NCBI GenBank assembly: GCA_030602965.1
Contig: JAUVYS010000003.1
Location: 1 to 45,897, forward strand
Direction: 5' to 3'
Source of the DNA: Candidatus Bathyarchaeota archaeon
Lineage (GTDB): Archaea; Thermoproteota; Bathyarchaeia; RBG-16-48-13; JAGMEO01
Length of the DNA stretch: 45,897 nucleotides
How positions within the stretch are numbered: the stretch's first letter is position 1; the number at the start of each line of letters is the position of its first letter. The notes beneath the pieces were generated by a model, which was given only the letters and a program-made list of their open reading frames with translations, had not been told where the DNA came from and did not search any database. Position numbers and translations under genes: made by a program. Shown one piece after another: positions 9,857-19,608 of this stretch.

Positions 9857-10708
9857 TTATTTTTCCATTACAATGGATGCATATCCGACAACCCGAGAGA
9901 AATCACCTGTAATGTCGCCACTTGTCTTATAGGAAAGAAGCATGGCTTTCTTTGCTTCAAGCATTTTAGTGGCAACAATAGCGGCTGATGTTGGACCAAC
10001 CCCACACATGCTAATCCTATTATCCTCAACAACGTCTTGGAGGCGTTTTTCGTCAAGTTCGAGAATAGCATCTATCACAAGTTGATCCTTTTCTTCAGCT
10101 ACTTTCTGAGATTTGTAGTGGGTTAAATCTGTTGATGCGATGACAACAGCATTTCTTTTAGAAATGGCTTTCGCAACAGCTTTCCCTACATCTTGACTTA
10201 CTTCTAAGTCCTGCATCATCATACATATAGGTACAAAATTTACATTTTCACCATAAACGTATTGAAGAAATGGAAGTTGAACCTCGATAGAGTGTTCATA
10301 TAAGTTTGCAACATCATCAATGTCTATGTAGTTAGAAGAAGCTTGAATCTCTGTAGCCGCCTCTGTGTCTATTAATACGTCTCCGAACGGTGTTTGCCAT
10401 ATTCCATCCAACATAATTGAAACACCACTTCCAAAGCCAGTGTGGTTTGGTCCGATAATGATGAAAAGCTCTGGTTTTCCATCCAACGCAAGTTCGAAAT
10501 ACGCCTTAGCTGCAGTCGATCCGGAGTAAATATATCCTGCGTGCGGGCTAACAAGAGATACAATATTCCTTGGACCGTGTAACTGAACGGTTGGAAGGTG
10601 CCCTGGTCCAAATTTGTGAAGAAAACATTGCTCAATTTGTTTTTTTAAATCATTAAACCGGGCTTCATAGAAGGTGCCGGCATGACTGGAAGGTCTAACC
10701 GTCACCAT
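9857..10708 (-). CDS. MEMO1 family protein (AmmeMemoRadiSam protein B)
   Basis: RPSSHAGTFY, PHAGYIYSG, GPNH, EHSIEVQLPFLQ, STDLTHY, SMCG; start moved to ATG 10708. Confidence 0.92.
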   Translation of the reverse strand: MVTVRPSSHAGTFYEARFNDLKKQIEQCFLHKFGPGHLPTVQLHGPRNIVSLVSPHAGYIYSGSTAAKAYFELALDGKPELFIIIGPNHTGFGSGVSIMLDGIWQTPFGDVLIDTEAATEIQASSNYIDIDDVANLYEHSIEVQLPFLQYVYGENVNFVPICMMMQDLEVSQDVGKAVAKAISKRNAVVIASTDLTHYKSQKVAEEKDQLVIDAILELDEKRLQDVVEDNRISMCGVGPTSAAIVATKMLEAKKAMLLSYKTSGDITGDFSRVVGYASIVMEK

Positions 10709-10715
10709 ATCCCAT

Positions 10716-11414
10716 TCACTCTTCATCAGAGGAGGTTGCGGTTACTTCAAGAGGTTTTGTTTCAAAATCATCAATAGAAACTGTTAAATCGTCATCCTGT
10801 GGAATCTCGCCTTTCTCCCTTGAAACTTGGCGAGCTAGAAGCCAATAAACCGTTGCTAAAGACCTCCTACCCTTATTGTTTACTGGTATAATAAGATCGA
10901 CGTTCGCTAAGCTGTTATCTGTGTCAACAAAGGCAATAACAGGTATACCCATCGAAGAGGCTTCTTTAATAGCCTGTCGATCAGCATTGGGATCTGTAAC
11001 CATAACTAAATAAGGATCACGATGTCCAGAATACAATGGATTAGAAAAAAGACCAGGCGGAAAACGACCAATAACAGGAACTGTACGTGTTACCTCACAG
11101 AACTTTTGAACTGGAACTCTACCATATATTCGAGCTGAGACTACTACCATTCTTTCAGGATCAATGTGGGAAATGAATTTTGCAGCAGTTCTAATCCTCT
11201 CATCTGTTTGTTTAATGTCTAGAACAAAGAGTCCATCAGGTCTAACACGGTAGATAAATGGTTCTAGATCTTTTGTCTTGATTCGTGTTCCTATGTGCAT
11301 TCCGGCAGATAGAATAGTCTCTATTGGTAGAAGAAGTTCAGCTTCTTCTGCCTTGAACTCTTTATTACTTATCTCTGAGTTCTCTATCTTTAAAGTCTTA
11401 TCTTTCTCAGTCAT
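10716..11414 (-). CDS. rps2: 30S ribosomal protein S2
   Basis: AGMHIGT, YRVRPDGL, GRFPPG, DRQAIKEA, NNKGRRSLA. Confidence 0.96.
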   Translation of the reverse strand: MTEKDKTLKIENSEISNKEFKAEEAELLLPIETILSAGMHIGTRIKTKDLEPFIYRVRPDGLFVLDIKQTDERIRTAAKFISHIDPERMVVVSARIYGRVPVQKFCEVTRTVPVIGRFPPGLFSNPLYSGHRDPYLVMVTDPNADRQAIKEASSMGIPVIAFVDTDNSLANVDLIIPVNNKGRRSLATVYWLLARQVSREKGEIPQDDDLTVSIDDFETKPLEVTATSSDEE

Positions 11415-11443
11415 CTTCTCTCATCCATACATTACCTTGTAAA

Positions 11444-11665
11444 TTAACCATCTTCAGATGATTTTAATCTAGTCGTTTTATATTTTAAAACCTCATCAAT
11501 TATTTCAGTATTGGAAAGTAACATTCGACGACAGCAATATCTAGTCACACCAAGATCATCTAGAACTTTACCTAGGTCTTCGCCTTTCTTTACTCTTTTA
11601 TTCAACTCGTCCCATTTATCACCTATAACACTTCCACATGTAAAACATCTTACGGGAACCATCAA
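11444..11665 (-). CDS. rpoN: RNA polymerase subunit Rpo10 (N)
   Basis: PVRCFTCG...[17 protein letters not shown]; start TTG 11665 or ATG 11662. Confidence 0.96.
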   Translation of the reverse strand: MMVPVRCFTCGSVIGDKWDELNKRVKKGEDLGKVLDDLGVTRYCCRRMLLSNTEIIDEVLKYKTTRLKSSEDG

Positions 11666-11678
11666 ATCAATAACCCTC

Positions 11679-12098
11679 TCAACGATATGATTTCTGCTTC
11701 TTTCTTCTAGCGCCAGGTCCACCGGGCTTCTTTGGCTCTTTCCTCCGAGGATCTCCTACGAGCATAGTTCGGTCATAAGCCATTAGTGCTTTCTTAATTT
11801 GTGATCCTCTAGGCCACTCAGCTAGAGCTCTCGCAATTGCTATCCTAGCTGCCTCCGCTTGTCCCATGAAACCTCCGCCTTTTACTTCAATGTTTATGTC
11901 TAGATTTTTCCAAAAATCCTCTACGACTATAAGAGGTTCAAAAATCTTCTCTCGAGCTATTACAGGCATGTATATTTCTAAAGGTGTTTTATTTATTCTA
12001 ACCCGACCCTTTCCAGGTTTAACCGTTGCTCTCGCAATAGCTGTTTTTCTCTTTCCACTTGTTACCAGGACTCGTTTCTTGCTTGACAACTCAATCAA
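11679..12098 (-). CDS. rps9: 30S ribosomal protein S9
   Basis: [39 protein letters not shown]...QKSYR. Confidence 0.97.
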   Translation of the reverse strand: MIELSSKKRVLVTSGKRKTAIARATVKPGKGRVRINKTPLEIYMPVIAREKIFEPLIVVEDFWKNLDINIEVKGGGFMGQAEAARIAIARALAEWPRGSQIKKALMAYDRTMLVGDPRRKEPKKPGGPGARRKKQKSYR

Positions 12099-12526
12099 CC
12101 CATGATTTTTGCGTATTCTTTCATTGTTATAAAAGATCTTTTTTGACTAATGGGTATTGCGCCAGTTGGAATCTGGAATTCAAACTTCCTAAGATCCCCT
12201 GGCACTCCTACATGAACTCTTAATCTCTTATAAGCTGTTTTACCCCTTGGCTTCTTCCATGGAAGCATGCCTCTCACAGTTCTTCTGACAATGTTTTCAG
12301 ATCTTCTAGGACGTTTAGGGTTTTTACTTTGGGAGGCCAAGGTTCTGACTTTTAAACGAGCTTCAGTTTCTGCTACAGCAGCTTTTTTACTTTTAGTAAT
12401 AATAATTTTCTCAGCGTTTACTACATGAACCCAGTTACCATTCAAAAGTAGCTTCGCTATTATACTAGCTAACCTACCAAGAACGAGGCCATTTCCATCC
12501 ATTATTATATTATCTCTTTTTGACAA
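12095..12526 (-). CDS. rpl13: 50S ribosomal protein L13
   Basis: [24 protein letters not shown]; start moved to TTG 12526 after a GGTGA SD. Confidence 0.94.
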   Translation of the reverse strand: MSKRDNIIMDGNGLVLGRLASIIAKLLLNGNWVHVVNAEKIIITKSKKAAVAETEARLKVRTLASQSKNPKRPRRSENIVRRTVRGMLPWKKPRGKTAYKRLRVHVGVPGDLRKFEFQIPTGAIPISQKRSFITMKEYAKIMG

Positions 12527-12530
12527 AGGT

Positions 12531-12899
12531 TCACCCGATAATCTTGATTTCTTTTCCTTTAGGGAATTTCTCAATAAACTCGTTAATCGTGTAGCACTGT
12601 CCTTTTGCTTTTAAAATTTTGTCTCTTGCCTTTTGAGTGAAGCTAAAAGCTGCAACGTGGACCGGGTGATCTAAGAACCCCGCTGCCAAAATTTTGCCAG
12701 GAACTATAGCTTTATCTCGGGATTTTGTATACCTATTAATTCTGCTAATGTTCACTGCTACCTTCCTGTGTTTAGGTTTTTTTAAATAATTGGCAACATC
12801 ATCCCAAATGGCTGCACCAGTTTCGTTTGCCTTTTTTTTGAGCGATCTAATTGTATGAAAGAGCTCGGGATTCGTTGTTTTAAACTTCATTTGTATCAC
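12531..12899 (-). CDS. rpl18e: 50S ribosomal protein L18e
   Basis: TTNPEL, AIWDDVA, VNISRINRY, VPGKIL, VAAFSF. Confidence 0.95.
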   Translation of the reverse strand: MIQMKFKTTNPELFHTIRSLKKKANETGAAIWDDVANYLKKPKHRKVAVNISRINRYTKSRDKAIVPGKILAAGFLDHPVHVAAFSFTQKARDKILKAKGQCYTINEFIEKFPKGKEIKIIG

Positions 12900-13759
12900 T
12901 TTTTCTTCTTTATTTTTGCTTTCTTTGTTTTTTTCTTCACCCTAGCTATTTTCAACTGATTAATTTGTTCAGTAAAGTCCTTAGACTTTTTCCTCAAGAT
13001 TTTTGTAGCTTCAATTATAATTTGTTCAGGTGGTAAAGCACCTGTTGGTCCGACATTAAAAATGAATGCGTTTTTAACATTCTTGATCTTGATAGCTGAA
13101 GGCGTTTTAGGACAAATAACTTCACAGTCATCACAAAGAGTACACTTTTCCTTAGCCACCACTTCTAACCTTTCATCTTTGATGTCAAGTACACCTTTTG
13201 GACAGCCCTCAACACACTGACCACACGCATCACATTTTCTACGGTTAACGATGATTTCAGGGACATATTTGTATGAAGAGACGGAGACAGGTTGCCATTT
13301 TGCATGTTTTGAGCCATGACCAAGTCGAGCATAAGCCTCTAATTTGATTTTTTGACTAGGTGCTAGTTTCACTATAGGAATTTTATCACTTATTGGTGTT
13401 ACATCTGGATTGGCTGATTTCAATTCCCCCGAATACACTGTTCGAATTGAATCTGAAGCCTCAGCATCGAGCGTTAAAGAAACGCTGCATTTATTACAGC
13501 CAAGCTCACTCTGACATTTGCATTCTTCAGGGAGAACGTAAGTATCTAAATCTGTCTTTAAAGGAACAAGACCCAATCTATGAGCCAAAACCTCATCGCA
13601 CATAACTGATGAGTTCTCAATAACAACCACCTCATCTATCGCCATAGTTGGAACCTCATTAACCATTATGCGCCTCAGTGCATTTGCTACTGGAGTAGAT
13701 ATTCCATTAACCTGAAAGCGAAGTTTGTTATCATCCTTATGTAGAATCTTGACATCCAT
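12896..13759 (-). CDS. rpoD: RNA polymerase subunit Rpo3 (D) with ferredoxin-like domain
   Basis: ANALRR, EVPTMAID, DEVLAHRLGLVPL, HAKWQP; CDACGQCVEGCP and CTLCDDCEVICP. Confidence 0.96.
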   Translation of the reverse strand: MDVKILHKDDNKLRFQVNGISTPVANALRRIMVNEVPTMAIDEVVVIENSSVMCDEVLAHRLGLVPLKTDLDTYVLPEECKCQSELGCNKCSVSLTLDAEASDSIRTVYSGELKSANPDVTPISDKIPIVKLAPSQKIKLEAYARLGHGSKHAKWQPVSVSSYKYVPEIIVNRRKCDACGQCVEGCPKGVLDIKDERLEVVAKEKCTLCDDCEVICPKTPSAIKIKNVKNAFIFNVGPTGALPPEQIIIEATKILRKKSKDFTEQINQLKIARVKKKTKKAKIKKKK

Positions 13760-13940
13760 AATAGAGCCAGCTTTTCAGCACAAATTAATACAATAATATA
13801 ATCTTTGAGATGTTCTTGTGAAGAAAGTCAGCTTGTTATATAACTTTTTCTAACAAGAAATTAATTTCAAGAATACTTCAATAAAAAGAGAAAATATACA
13901 AGGTATCTTAATAATACATGATAATACTAGTACCAGTCAA

Positions 13941-14450
13941 ATGTTAAAAAAGAAAAATAGCCTAACCCTGAAATTAAGCTTAGCATCCATCTTTGCTGCC
14001 CTCACAACAATTTCTACAGTAATTATCCAAATTCCTATTCCAGCTACAGGTGGTTACATTAATGTTGGTGATGCAATGATTTTTACAAGTGCTTTACTCT
14101 TTGGACCAATGGTTGGAGCTTTCGCAGGCGGTATTGGTTCAGCTGTTGCTGATATCTTTCTTGGCTATCCAGCTTTTCTGCCCCATACATTTGTAATTAA
14201 AGGGTTAGAAGGTTTTGTTGCCTGATATATTAGTAGAGATGGGAATGATTTTAGGGATATTCTTGCCTGGGTTATAGCAAGCTTTGTTATGGTTGTAGGT
14301 TACTTTATTGCTGAAGCTTATGATGGGTATTGGTCCAGTTTTTGCATCAACTGAAGTTCCTGGAATATTTTCCAAGTAGTTTTTGGAGGAATATTCAGTA
14401 TACCTTTATCCAGATTATTTAGGAAGCGATTTAACTTACTTATTTCATAG
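13941..14450 (+). pseudogene. Disrupted ECF transporter S component
   Basis: PIPATGGYINVGD, GGIGSAVAD, TFVIKGLEG, then TGA at 14223; the S-component pattern continues (MVVGYFIAE / EVPG / NIFQVVFGG) through two frameshifts to TAG at 14448. Confidence 0.85.
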
Positions 14451-15470
14451 TTTTTTCTTCAAAGCTTTCCATAATTCATCTGATTTAGGCAAATGTAAGG
14501 GTTGAACAGCCCCATCCTTTCTCACTATCTTTCTCATCTTTTCATTTTCTAAAAAATCGCCAATGATAGAAGCCTTAATACCAGTTTTTCTAACCTTAGA
14601 AACGACCTCTTCAGCTTTTTCGGGTTTTATAGCAATAATTAATGCTCCAGAACTAATTAGTTTCAGTGGATCGATTTTAAAGAACCGACAAATTTTCTTT
14701 GTCTCTTGTGAAATGTAAATTTGATTTTCGTAGACTTCAAATCCTGTTCCTGATGCTTCAGCCATTTCGTTAAGGCCGCCAGCTATCCCTCCTTCAGTCG
14801 GATCATGCATAGCTAAAACACCACCTTGTTTAACCGCCAACATCGCTTCTTGAACAACACTAATCATGTCAAAGTAGCTCTCTGCCTTAGCCACCAATTC
14901 TTTACCAAAATTTTTCACAAGAGTTTCTCGTCTGTCTGCCGCTAAAATTGCTGTTCCTTCAATGCCAGCACCTTTGGTAAGAATGATTTTACTCCCTGGT
15001 TTAACCCCAGCACAAGTTACAAACCGATCTTCTTTAGTAAATCCAGCACAGAAACTAATCACCAAAGGATGAGAAATGTGTGGTGTAACCTCTGTGTGAC
15101 CGCCAATTATGGCCATTTCTAGGTTTTTCGCAGCACTGTCCATTTGCACACAGATTTCTCTAAGAAGAGCGTTTCCAGATCCCTCAGGAAGCATTATGCA
15201 AGGTAAGAACCACCTTGGTTTGATACCTCTCGTTGCCACGTCATTCGCTGAAATATTTACTGAGAGCCATCCAATTCGTTCTTCAGCGCCACTTATCGGG
15301 TCACATGAGATTGCAAGTACATGATCTCCAAGTTTTACAATAGCAGCATCTTCACCATATGAAGACCCAAGTAAAACGTCGCTATTCTTAGCACCTAAGT
15401 ACTTCAACACTATTTCCTTTAGAATTTCTGGAACAACCTTACCAGACGGAAAACTCATATTAACGCCCAC
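14445..15470 (-). CDS. AIR synthase (PurM/HypE-like) family protein
   Basis: GEDAA, DPI, ANDVA, IIGGHTEVT, MHDPTEGG, LISSG. Confidence 0.88.
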   Translation of the reverse strand: MGVNMSFPSGKVVPEILKEIVLKYLGAKNSDVLLGSSYGEDAAIVKLGDHVLAISCDPISGAEERIGWLSVNISANDVATRGIKPRWFLPCIMLPEGSGNALLREICVQMDSAAKNLEMAIIGGHTEVTPHISHPLVISFCAGFTKEDRFVTCAGVKPGSKIILTKGAGIEGTAILAADRRETLVKNFGKELVAKAESYFDMISVVQEAMLAVKQGGVLAMHDPTEGGIAGGLNEMAEASGTGFEVYENQIYISQETKKICRFFKIDPLKLISSGALIIAIKPEKAEEVVSKVRKTGIKASIIGDFLENEKMRKIVRKDGAVQPLHLPKSDELWKALKKKL

Positions 15471-15669
15471 TTTACCTTCAGCTAAGTATTCTATGATAAA
15501 AACAATAGCTATGAATGGCTTAAAAGGAAATATTTACTTTCAGAATTAAATTGTGTAATTCGAGAATTATTCTTCTTCATTACTAATTTAGATGTTGACA
15601 TTTCTCAGATTATTCATGAACGAAGTAATCTTCTGCGAGATAAAATAGAAAATTAAAGAAAAAATTGAA

Positions 15670-15764
15670 TGGTGGGCCGGCCCGGACTTGAACCGGGGAT
15701 CATCCGCGTGTCAGGCGGATATTAGGCAAAATTCTGTATCCTAACCAAACTAGACCACCGGCCC
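15670..15764 (-). tRNA. tRNA-Val(GAC) with 17-nt intron at 25/26 (15721-15737); CCA encoded
   Basis: Acceptor GGGCCGG/CCGGCCC, anticodon arm TCCGC-CTGACAC-GCGGA, T arm CCCGG-TTCAAGT-CCGGG; central helix TAGG/CCTA with ATA bulges. Confidence 0.93.
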
Positions 15765-15831
15765 ACATCTAAAATGCCTTAGGAAACGTCTAATATTTTA
15801 GACTTACTACAAGTTTTTCCTTAAAAGTAAT

Positions 15832-15924
15832 TGGTGGACCGACCGGGATTTGAACCCGGGACCTTCGCGATGCCAACGCGACACTCCTTGGCCTTTGGAG
15901 TATACCAAGCTGAGCTACCGGCCC
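15832..15924 (-). tRNA. tRNA-Ala(GGC) with 15-nt intron at 21/22 (15887-15901); CCA encoded
   Basis: G3:U70 pair, anticodon arm TCGCG-TTGGCAT-CGCGA, T arm CCGGG-TTCAAAT-CCCGG; hBHBh' with TGGT/GCCA central helix. Confidence 0.93.
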
Positions 15925-15970
15925 ACATCAATAATTGAGATAGTGCTTAGATAAAAAAAATAGTGTTATT

Positions 15971-16159
15971 TTAAGAACGGCGAGCCTTTCTTGTGACAGT
16001 TTTAGTCTGCCATGCGTATTGACAAATTTTCTTTGACTCTCCGAATCCACAAGCTGAACATCGTTTCTTTCTTATGTGATAAGCTCTTCGACCACACCGT
16101 CTACATTTTATGACAGAGGTCTTATGCCGCTTTCCAAATGAAGGGGTGCCTTTACCCAA
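15971..16159 (-). CDS. rpl37e: 50S ribosomal protein L37e
   Basis: [22 protein letters not shown]; downstream of the Sm gene as is typical. Confidence 0.96.
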   Translation of the reverse strand: MGKGTPSFGKRHKTSVIKCRRCGRRAYHIRKKRCSACGFGESKKICQYAWQTKTVTRKARRS

Positions 16160-16166
16160 TGATGCT

Positions 16167-16394
16167 TCACCTTGGAGAAGGCGATACTATTATTACGTTG
16201 TCTCCACGAACTATCATAGTTCCTATTTTCTCAATGTTCTCATTGTCAGAGGCCTCTTCAGCGTCTTCCAAGACGAGGTTCATGTGTTGATCAAATCCTT
16301 TTAGTTTACCTCTAATGCTTCTTCCGCCTCTCAGTCTTACCAAGACAAGCTTTTCCAGACTATCCTCTAACATTTTGCTAGCCATCTCTGTCAT
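16167..16394 (-). CDS. Sm-like archaeal protein (LSm/SmAP)
   Basis: [19 protein letters not shown] (Sm1), [12 protein letters not shown] (Sm2). Confidence 0.95.
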   Translation of the reverse strand: MTEMASKMLEDSLEKLVLVRLRGGRSIRGKLKGFDQHMNLVLEDAEEASDNENIEKIGTMIVRGDNVIIVSPSPR

Positions 16395-16477
16395 TGGTCT
16401 ATATCATCGCCTCAAATTTTAGTTCTTTAAGATTTTAAGATAATGATTTAAAGGTATCGTAAAAACGTATTCTCCTT

Positions 16478-16978
16478 GTGAACCTCATGAGGTTTAAAAA
16501 TAGACATCATCTAGATAACAAGACATTACGGAAAATACTTAGACGATTATCAGAAACCCTTAATGTAGATTCTTCTAACATTAAAATGGATAACGCAGAG
16601 ATAGCTGATCATGAGTCGGGTATAAAGATCCTAATTGTTGATGATAACATCGTTTTTGTTGTTGATGCAGACAATATTTTTCCAACATTATACTTTGAAC
16701 CATTAATTGAGCTTTTACCATCATTAATTGTTGATATGGGTGCTATTCCGTACATATGTAATGGCGCAGATGTTATGGCACCGGGAATTGTTCGTGTGGA
16801 AGGCAATTTTAGAAAAGATTCAATTGTGGTAGTAAGAGATGAAAAACATGGTAAACCGATAGCCATTGCAAGGTCTTTGTCAGGTGCGTCACAGATGAGA
16901 CAAACTGGACATGGAAAGGTAGCAGAGACGCTTCACTACGTCGGTGATGAAATCTGGAATTTAGCGAAACACATATGA
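16478..16978 (+). CDS. PUA-domain RNA-binding protein (DUF1947/MCT-1-like)
   Basis: FPTL, VDMGAIPYICNGADVMAPGI, LHYVGDEIW. Confidence 0.9.
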   Translation: MNLMRFKNRHHLDNKTLRKILRRLSETLNVDSSNIKMDNAEIADHESGIKILIVDDNIVFVVDADNIFPTLYFEPLIELLPSLIVDMGAIPYICNGADVMAPGIVRVEGNFRKDSIVVVRDEKHGKPIAIARSLSGASQMRQTGHGKVAETLHYVGDEIWNLAKHI

Positions 16979-17019
16979 TTGACTGGAATAACGAATATTA
17001 AAAGACTTGCTTAAACAAA

Positions 17020-18933
17020 CTATCTAAGTCTCATAGTTTCTAGGTTTAATGGAGCATTAGTTTCTATTTTATAGATTCTGTGCAGAACTTTTGCAATACT
17101 GATGCATTTTGACTTTTCGCCATGACCAACTATGATGCGTTCTGGTTTGGATGAAAGTCTTCTTACATACCTTATGATCTGATTTCTATCCGAGTGCCCA
17201 GAAAATCCTTCAACGGCTCCTATTTTCATGGCAATTCTTATAACAGACATTTTGCCTTTGTTATTTATTAAAGGTACTTCTGAAAGCCCCCGTCTTATCC
17301 TTGAACCTAAGGTTCCTTCAATCTGATAGCTTACAAATATTAGTGTGTTTCTTTTATCTGAAGATAGAGCTTTGAAGTATTCTATAGATGGCCCACCTTC
17401 CATCATTCCTGAGGTAGCCATGATTATACTGGGTTCGCCTTCAATGATATCTTCTCTTGCACTTGAGTCCTTAACATTTACAAAGTATTCTGATTCAAAG
17501 GGGTTTACTCCCTTGTAAAGAATCTTATCTCGCACATTCCTTTCAAGGTATTCTGGATAAGCGGTATGAATAGCTGTTGCTTCTTGAATCATTCCTTCAA
17601 GGTATATTGGCGCTTCTTGGAGAAGGCCACTTTTCATGTAGCTATCTAAAACCACCATTACCTCCTGAGATCTACCAACAGCAGGCACTGGAATCAGCAC
17701 TTTTCCATTTTTATCTAGAGTTTCATTTATCAAAGACACACTGTTCTGTTCAACACTCCTTCTCTGAGGCATAATATTTTCTGGACCGCCATAGGTAGCC
17801 TCTGTAATTAAAGTTTCAATTCTTGGAAAAACCGTTGAAGCTGGTTCAAGAAGCATTGTGCGCCCATACTTAAAGTCGCCAGTGTAAATTATATTATGCA
17901 GCCCTTGTCCTATATGTAGGTGTGTTATTGTAGAACCTATAATATGACCTGCGTTGTGAAGAGTTAATCTCGCATCAGGAGCAATGTCTGTAACTTCACC
18001 ATATTTTAGAGGAATAATGTGAAGAGTCATCTCCCTAACAGCTTTCTGATCATAGGGAGGTGTGATACCCTCTTTTGTGAGAACATCAAGATAGTCAAGT
18101 TGGAGAAGAGTCATGAGACTTGCTGTTGGCTCAGAGCAGTAAACCGGGCCATCATATCCATACTTATATAGAAATGGAAGCAAGCCACAGTGATCTAAAT
18201 GTGCGTGAGAAATTATAACAGCATCTAAAATATATGGATCAAATTCTTGGATATTAAAGTATGGAAAGGCTTCAGCTGGATTATGAGATCCCGGATTAAT
18301 TCCGCAGTCAATTAGGATTTTACTTTTATCTGTATCAATAAGTAACGCTGATCTACCGACCTCTTGAAATCCGCCCAAAGTTGTCATTCGAACTCTTTTT
18401 GATTTGAATATTATTGGTCGGAATATTCTTTCACCAACGGAGCGTAAGATCTCTTTCCGTCTTTTAACTTCTGATTGATAATAATGTCTCACACTTGCAA
18501 TTATTTTTGATTGTATGGGTGGACTTCTTAATATCCTTGGTCTCCATTTTGTAGTTTTAATTATTTTCTGCAAAGCTGTACTATTTTTGCCTATTATGAG
18601 ACTAGGCTTTTTAACTTCAATAATGACCTCTCCTACAGTTGAATCGAATTCAATGTTGGTAATCTCTGTTTTATCTGAAATTATTGATTGAACCTGCTTC
18701 CGAGCTTCAGGCTCAGGAAGACGAACTGAAGGATCGGAACGGATAACAATTCGCTTTCGAAGGATACTTACAAGGTCTGTTATGATGAAGCTGTTCTCAA
18801 CTAAGATCTCTGGTTTTTTGGCGTAAATAGCTAACCTTGGGCCTTCAAACTCTATGCGACTAACCTCCGCCTCTTTTGGAATATTTTTCAGAATAGCGTT
18901 TCTTATCTTAACTTGAGTCTCGTTAAAAGGCAA
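17020..18933 (-). CDS. fttA: Beta-CASP ribonuclease aCPSF1 / termination factor FttA
   Basis: N-terminal KH domains, GGFQEVGRS, HAHLDHCG, AGHIIGS, FSGHSD, HGE. Confidence 0.95.
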   Translation of the reverse strand: MPFNETQVKIRNAILKNIPKEAEVSRIEFEGPRLAIYAKKPEILVENSFIITDLVSILRKRIVIRSDPSVRLPEPEARKQVQSIISDKTEITNIEFDSTVGEVIIEVKKPSLIIGKNSTALQKIIKTTKWRPRILRSPPIQSKIIASVRHYYQSEVKRRKEILRSVGERIFRPIIFKSKRVRMTTLGGFQEVGRSALLIDTDKSKILIDCGINPGSHNPAEAFPYFNIQEFDPYILDAVIISHAHLDHCGLLPFLYKYGYDGPVYCSEPTASLMTLLQLDYLDVLTKEGITPPYDQKAVREMTLHIIPLKYGEVTDIAPDARLTLHNAGHIIGSTITHLHIGQGLHNIIYTGDFKYGRTMLLEPASTVFPRIETLITEATYGGPENIMPQRRSVEQNSVSLINETLDKNGKVLIPVPAVGRSQEVMVVLDSYMKSGLLQEAPIYLEGMIQEATAIHTAYPEYLERNVRDKILYKGVNPFESEYFVNVKDSSAREDIIEGEPSIIMATSGMMEGGPSIEYFKALSSDKRNTLIFVSYQIEGTLGSRIRRGLSEVPLINNKGKMSVIRIAMKIGAVEGFSGHSDRNQIIRYVRRLSSKPERIIVGHGEKSKCISIAKVLHRIYKIETNAPLNLETMRLR

Positions 18934-18963
18934 TATAATATCCTCTGAGATTTTTAGTTGAGC

Positions 18964-19608
18964 TTAAGCCTCTAGGAACTTGGCCTTTTCTTGATCTGAT
19001 AGTTCTTTATAGCCTTCTTTGGTCACAGTTGCCACATCAAAACTATCCCCGCTCCCTATGTCTCTTTTCATAGCTGACCAGACTGCTTTAACTACTAGGG
19101 GAATTCCCTCTTGAACTGATAAACTCTCTGTGTATTCAGCCTCAAGTACTCCGTAAGCTACAGGTGACCCAGAGCCTGTTGAAACCATTTTTTCTTCAAT
19201 AACACTACCAAAAGGGTCTAAAGCATATATGTGTGGTCCACTGCCATCGATCCCACCAATTATGGCTTGCATGACCAGCGGAAAAGCTCGAGATGAATAT
19301 AAAATGTTTGAAGCCAACCTTGCTAAAGATTTCACAGGAAAAGCCCGATCTTTCTCTAAGCGATAAAGCTTAGCGTTAGCCTGCAAGATGTTCACAACAT
19401 TCTGTGCATCTGCGACAACACCTGCGATTGTTATAGCAAGATGATCGTCAATCTTGAATACTTTCTTACCTTTTTTATGTGCTACTAGATAACCCATCGT
19501 AACTCGGGTGTCGGTAGCTATAACAATACCATCTTGGCAGACTATTCCCATTGTGGTTGTACCTTTAAGTACTTTTAAAATGTCTTCGTTCATCGCTGGC
19601 TCATTCAA
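18964..19608 (-). CDS. psmB: Proteasome beta subunit (catalytic type)
   Basis: Propeptide then LKG|TTTMG, DTRVT, GSGS, RDIGSG; adjacent to aCPSF1. Confidence 0.95.
   Translation of the reverse strand: MNEPAMNEDILKVLKGTTTMGIVCQDGIVIATDTRVTMGYLVAHKKGKKVFKIDDHLAITIAGVVADAQNVVNILQANAKLYRLEKDRAFPVKSLARLASNILYSSRAFPLVMQAIIGGIDGSGPHIYALDPFGSVIEEKMVSTGSGSPVAYGVLEAEYTESLSVQEGIPLVVKAVWSAMKRDIGSGDSFDVATVTKEGYKELSDQEKAKFLEA

Noticed and set aside
14223-14354. Two in-frame TGA codons read as Sec or Trp recoding
   Set aside because: The first sits at an expected Gly, the second results from a frameshift, and TGA is a normal stop for many genes here
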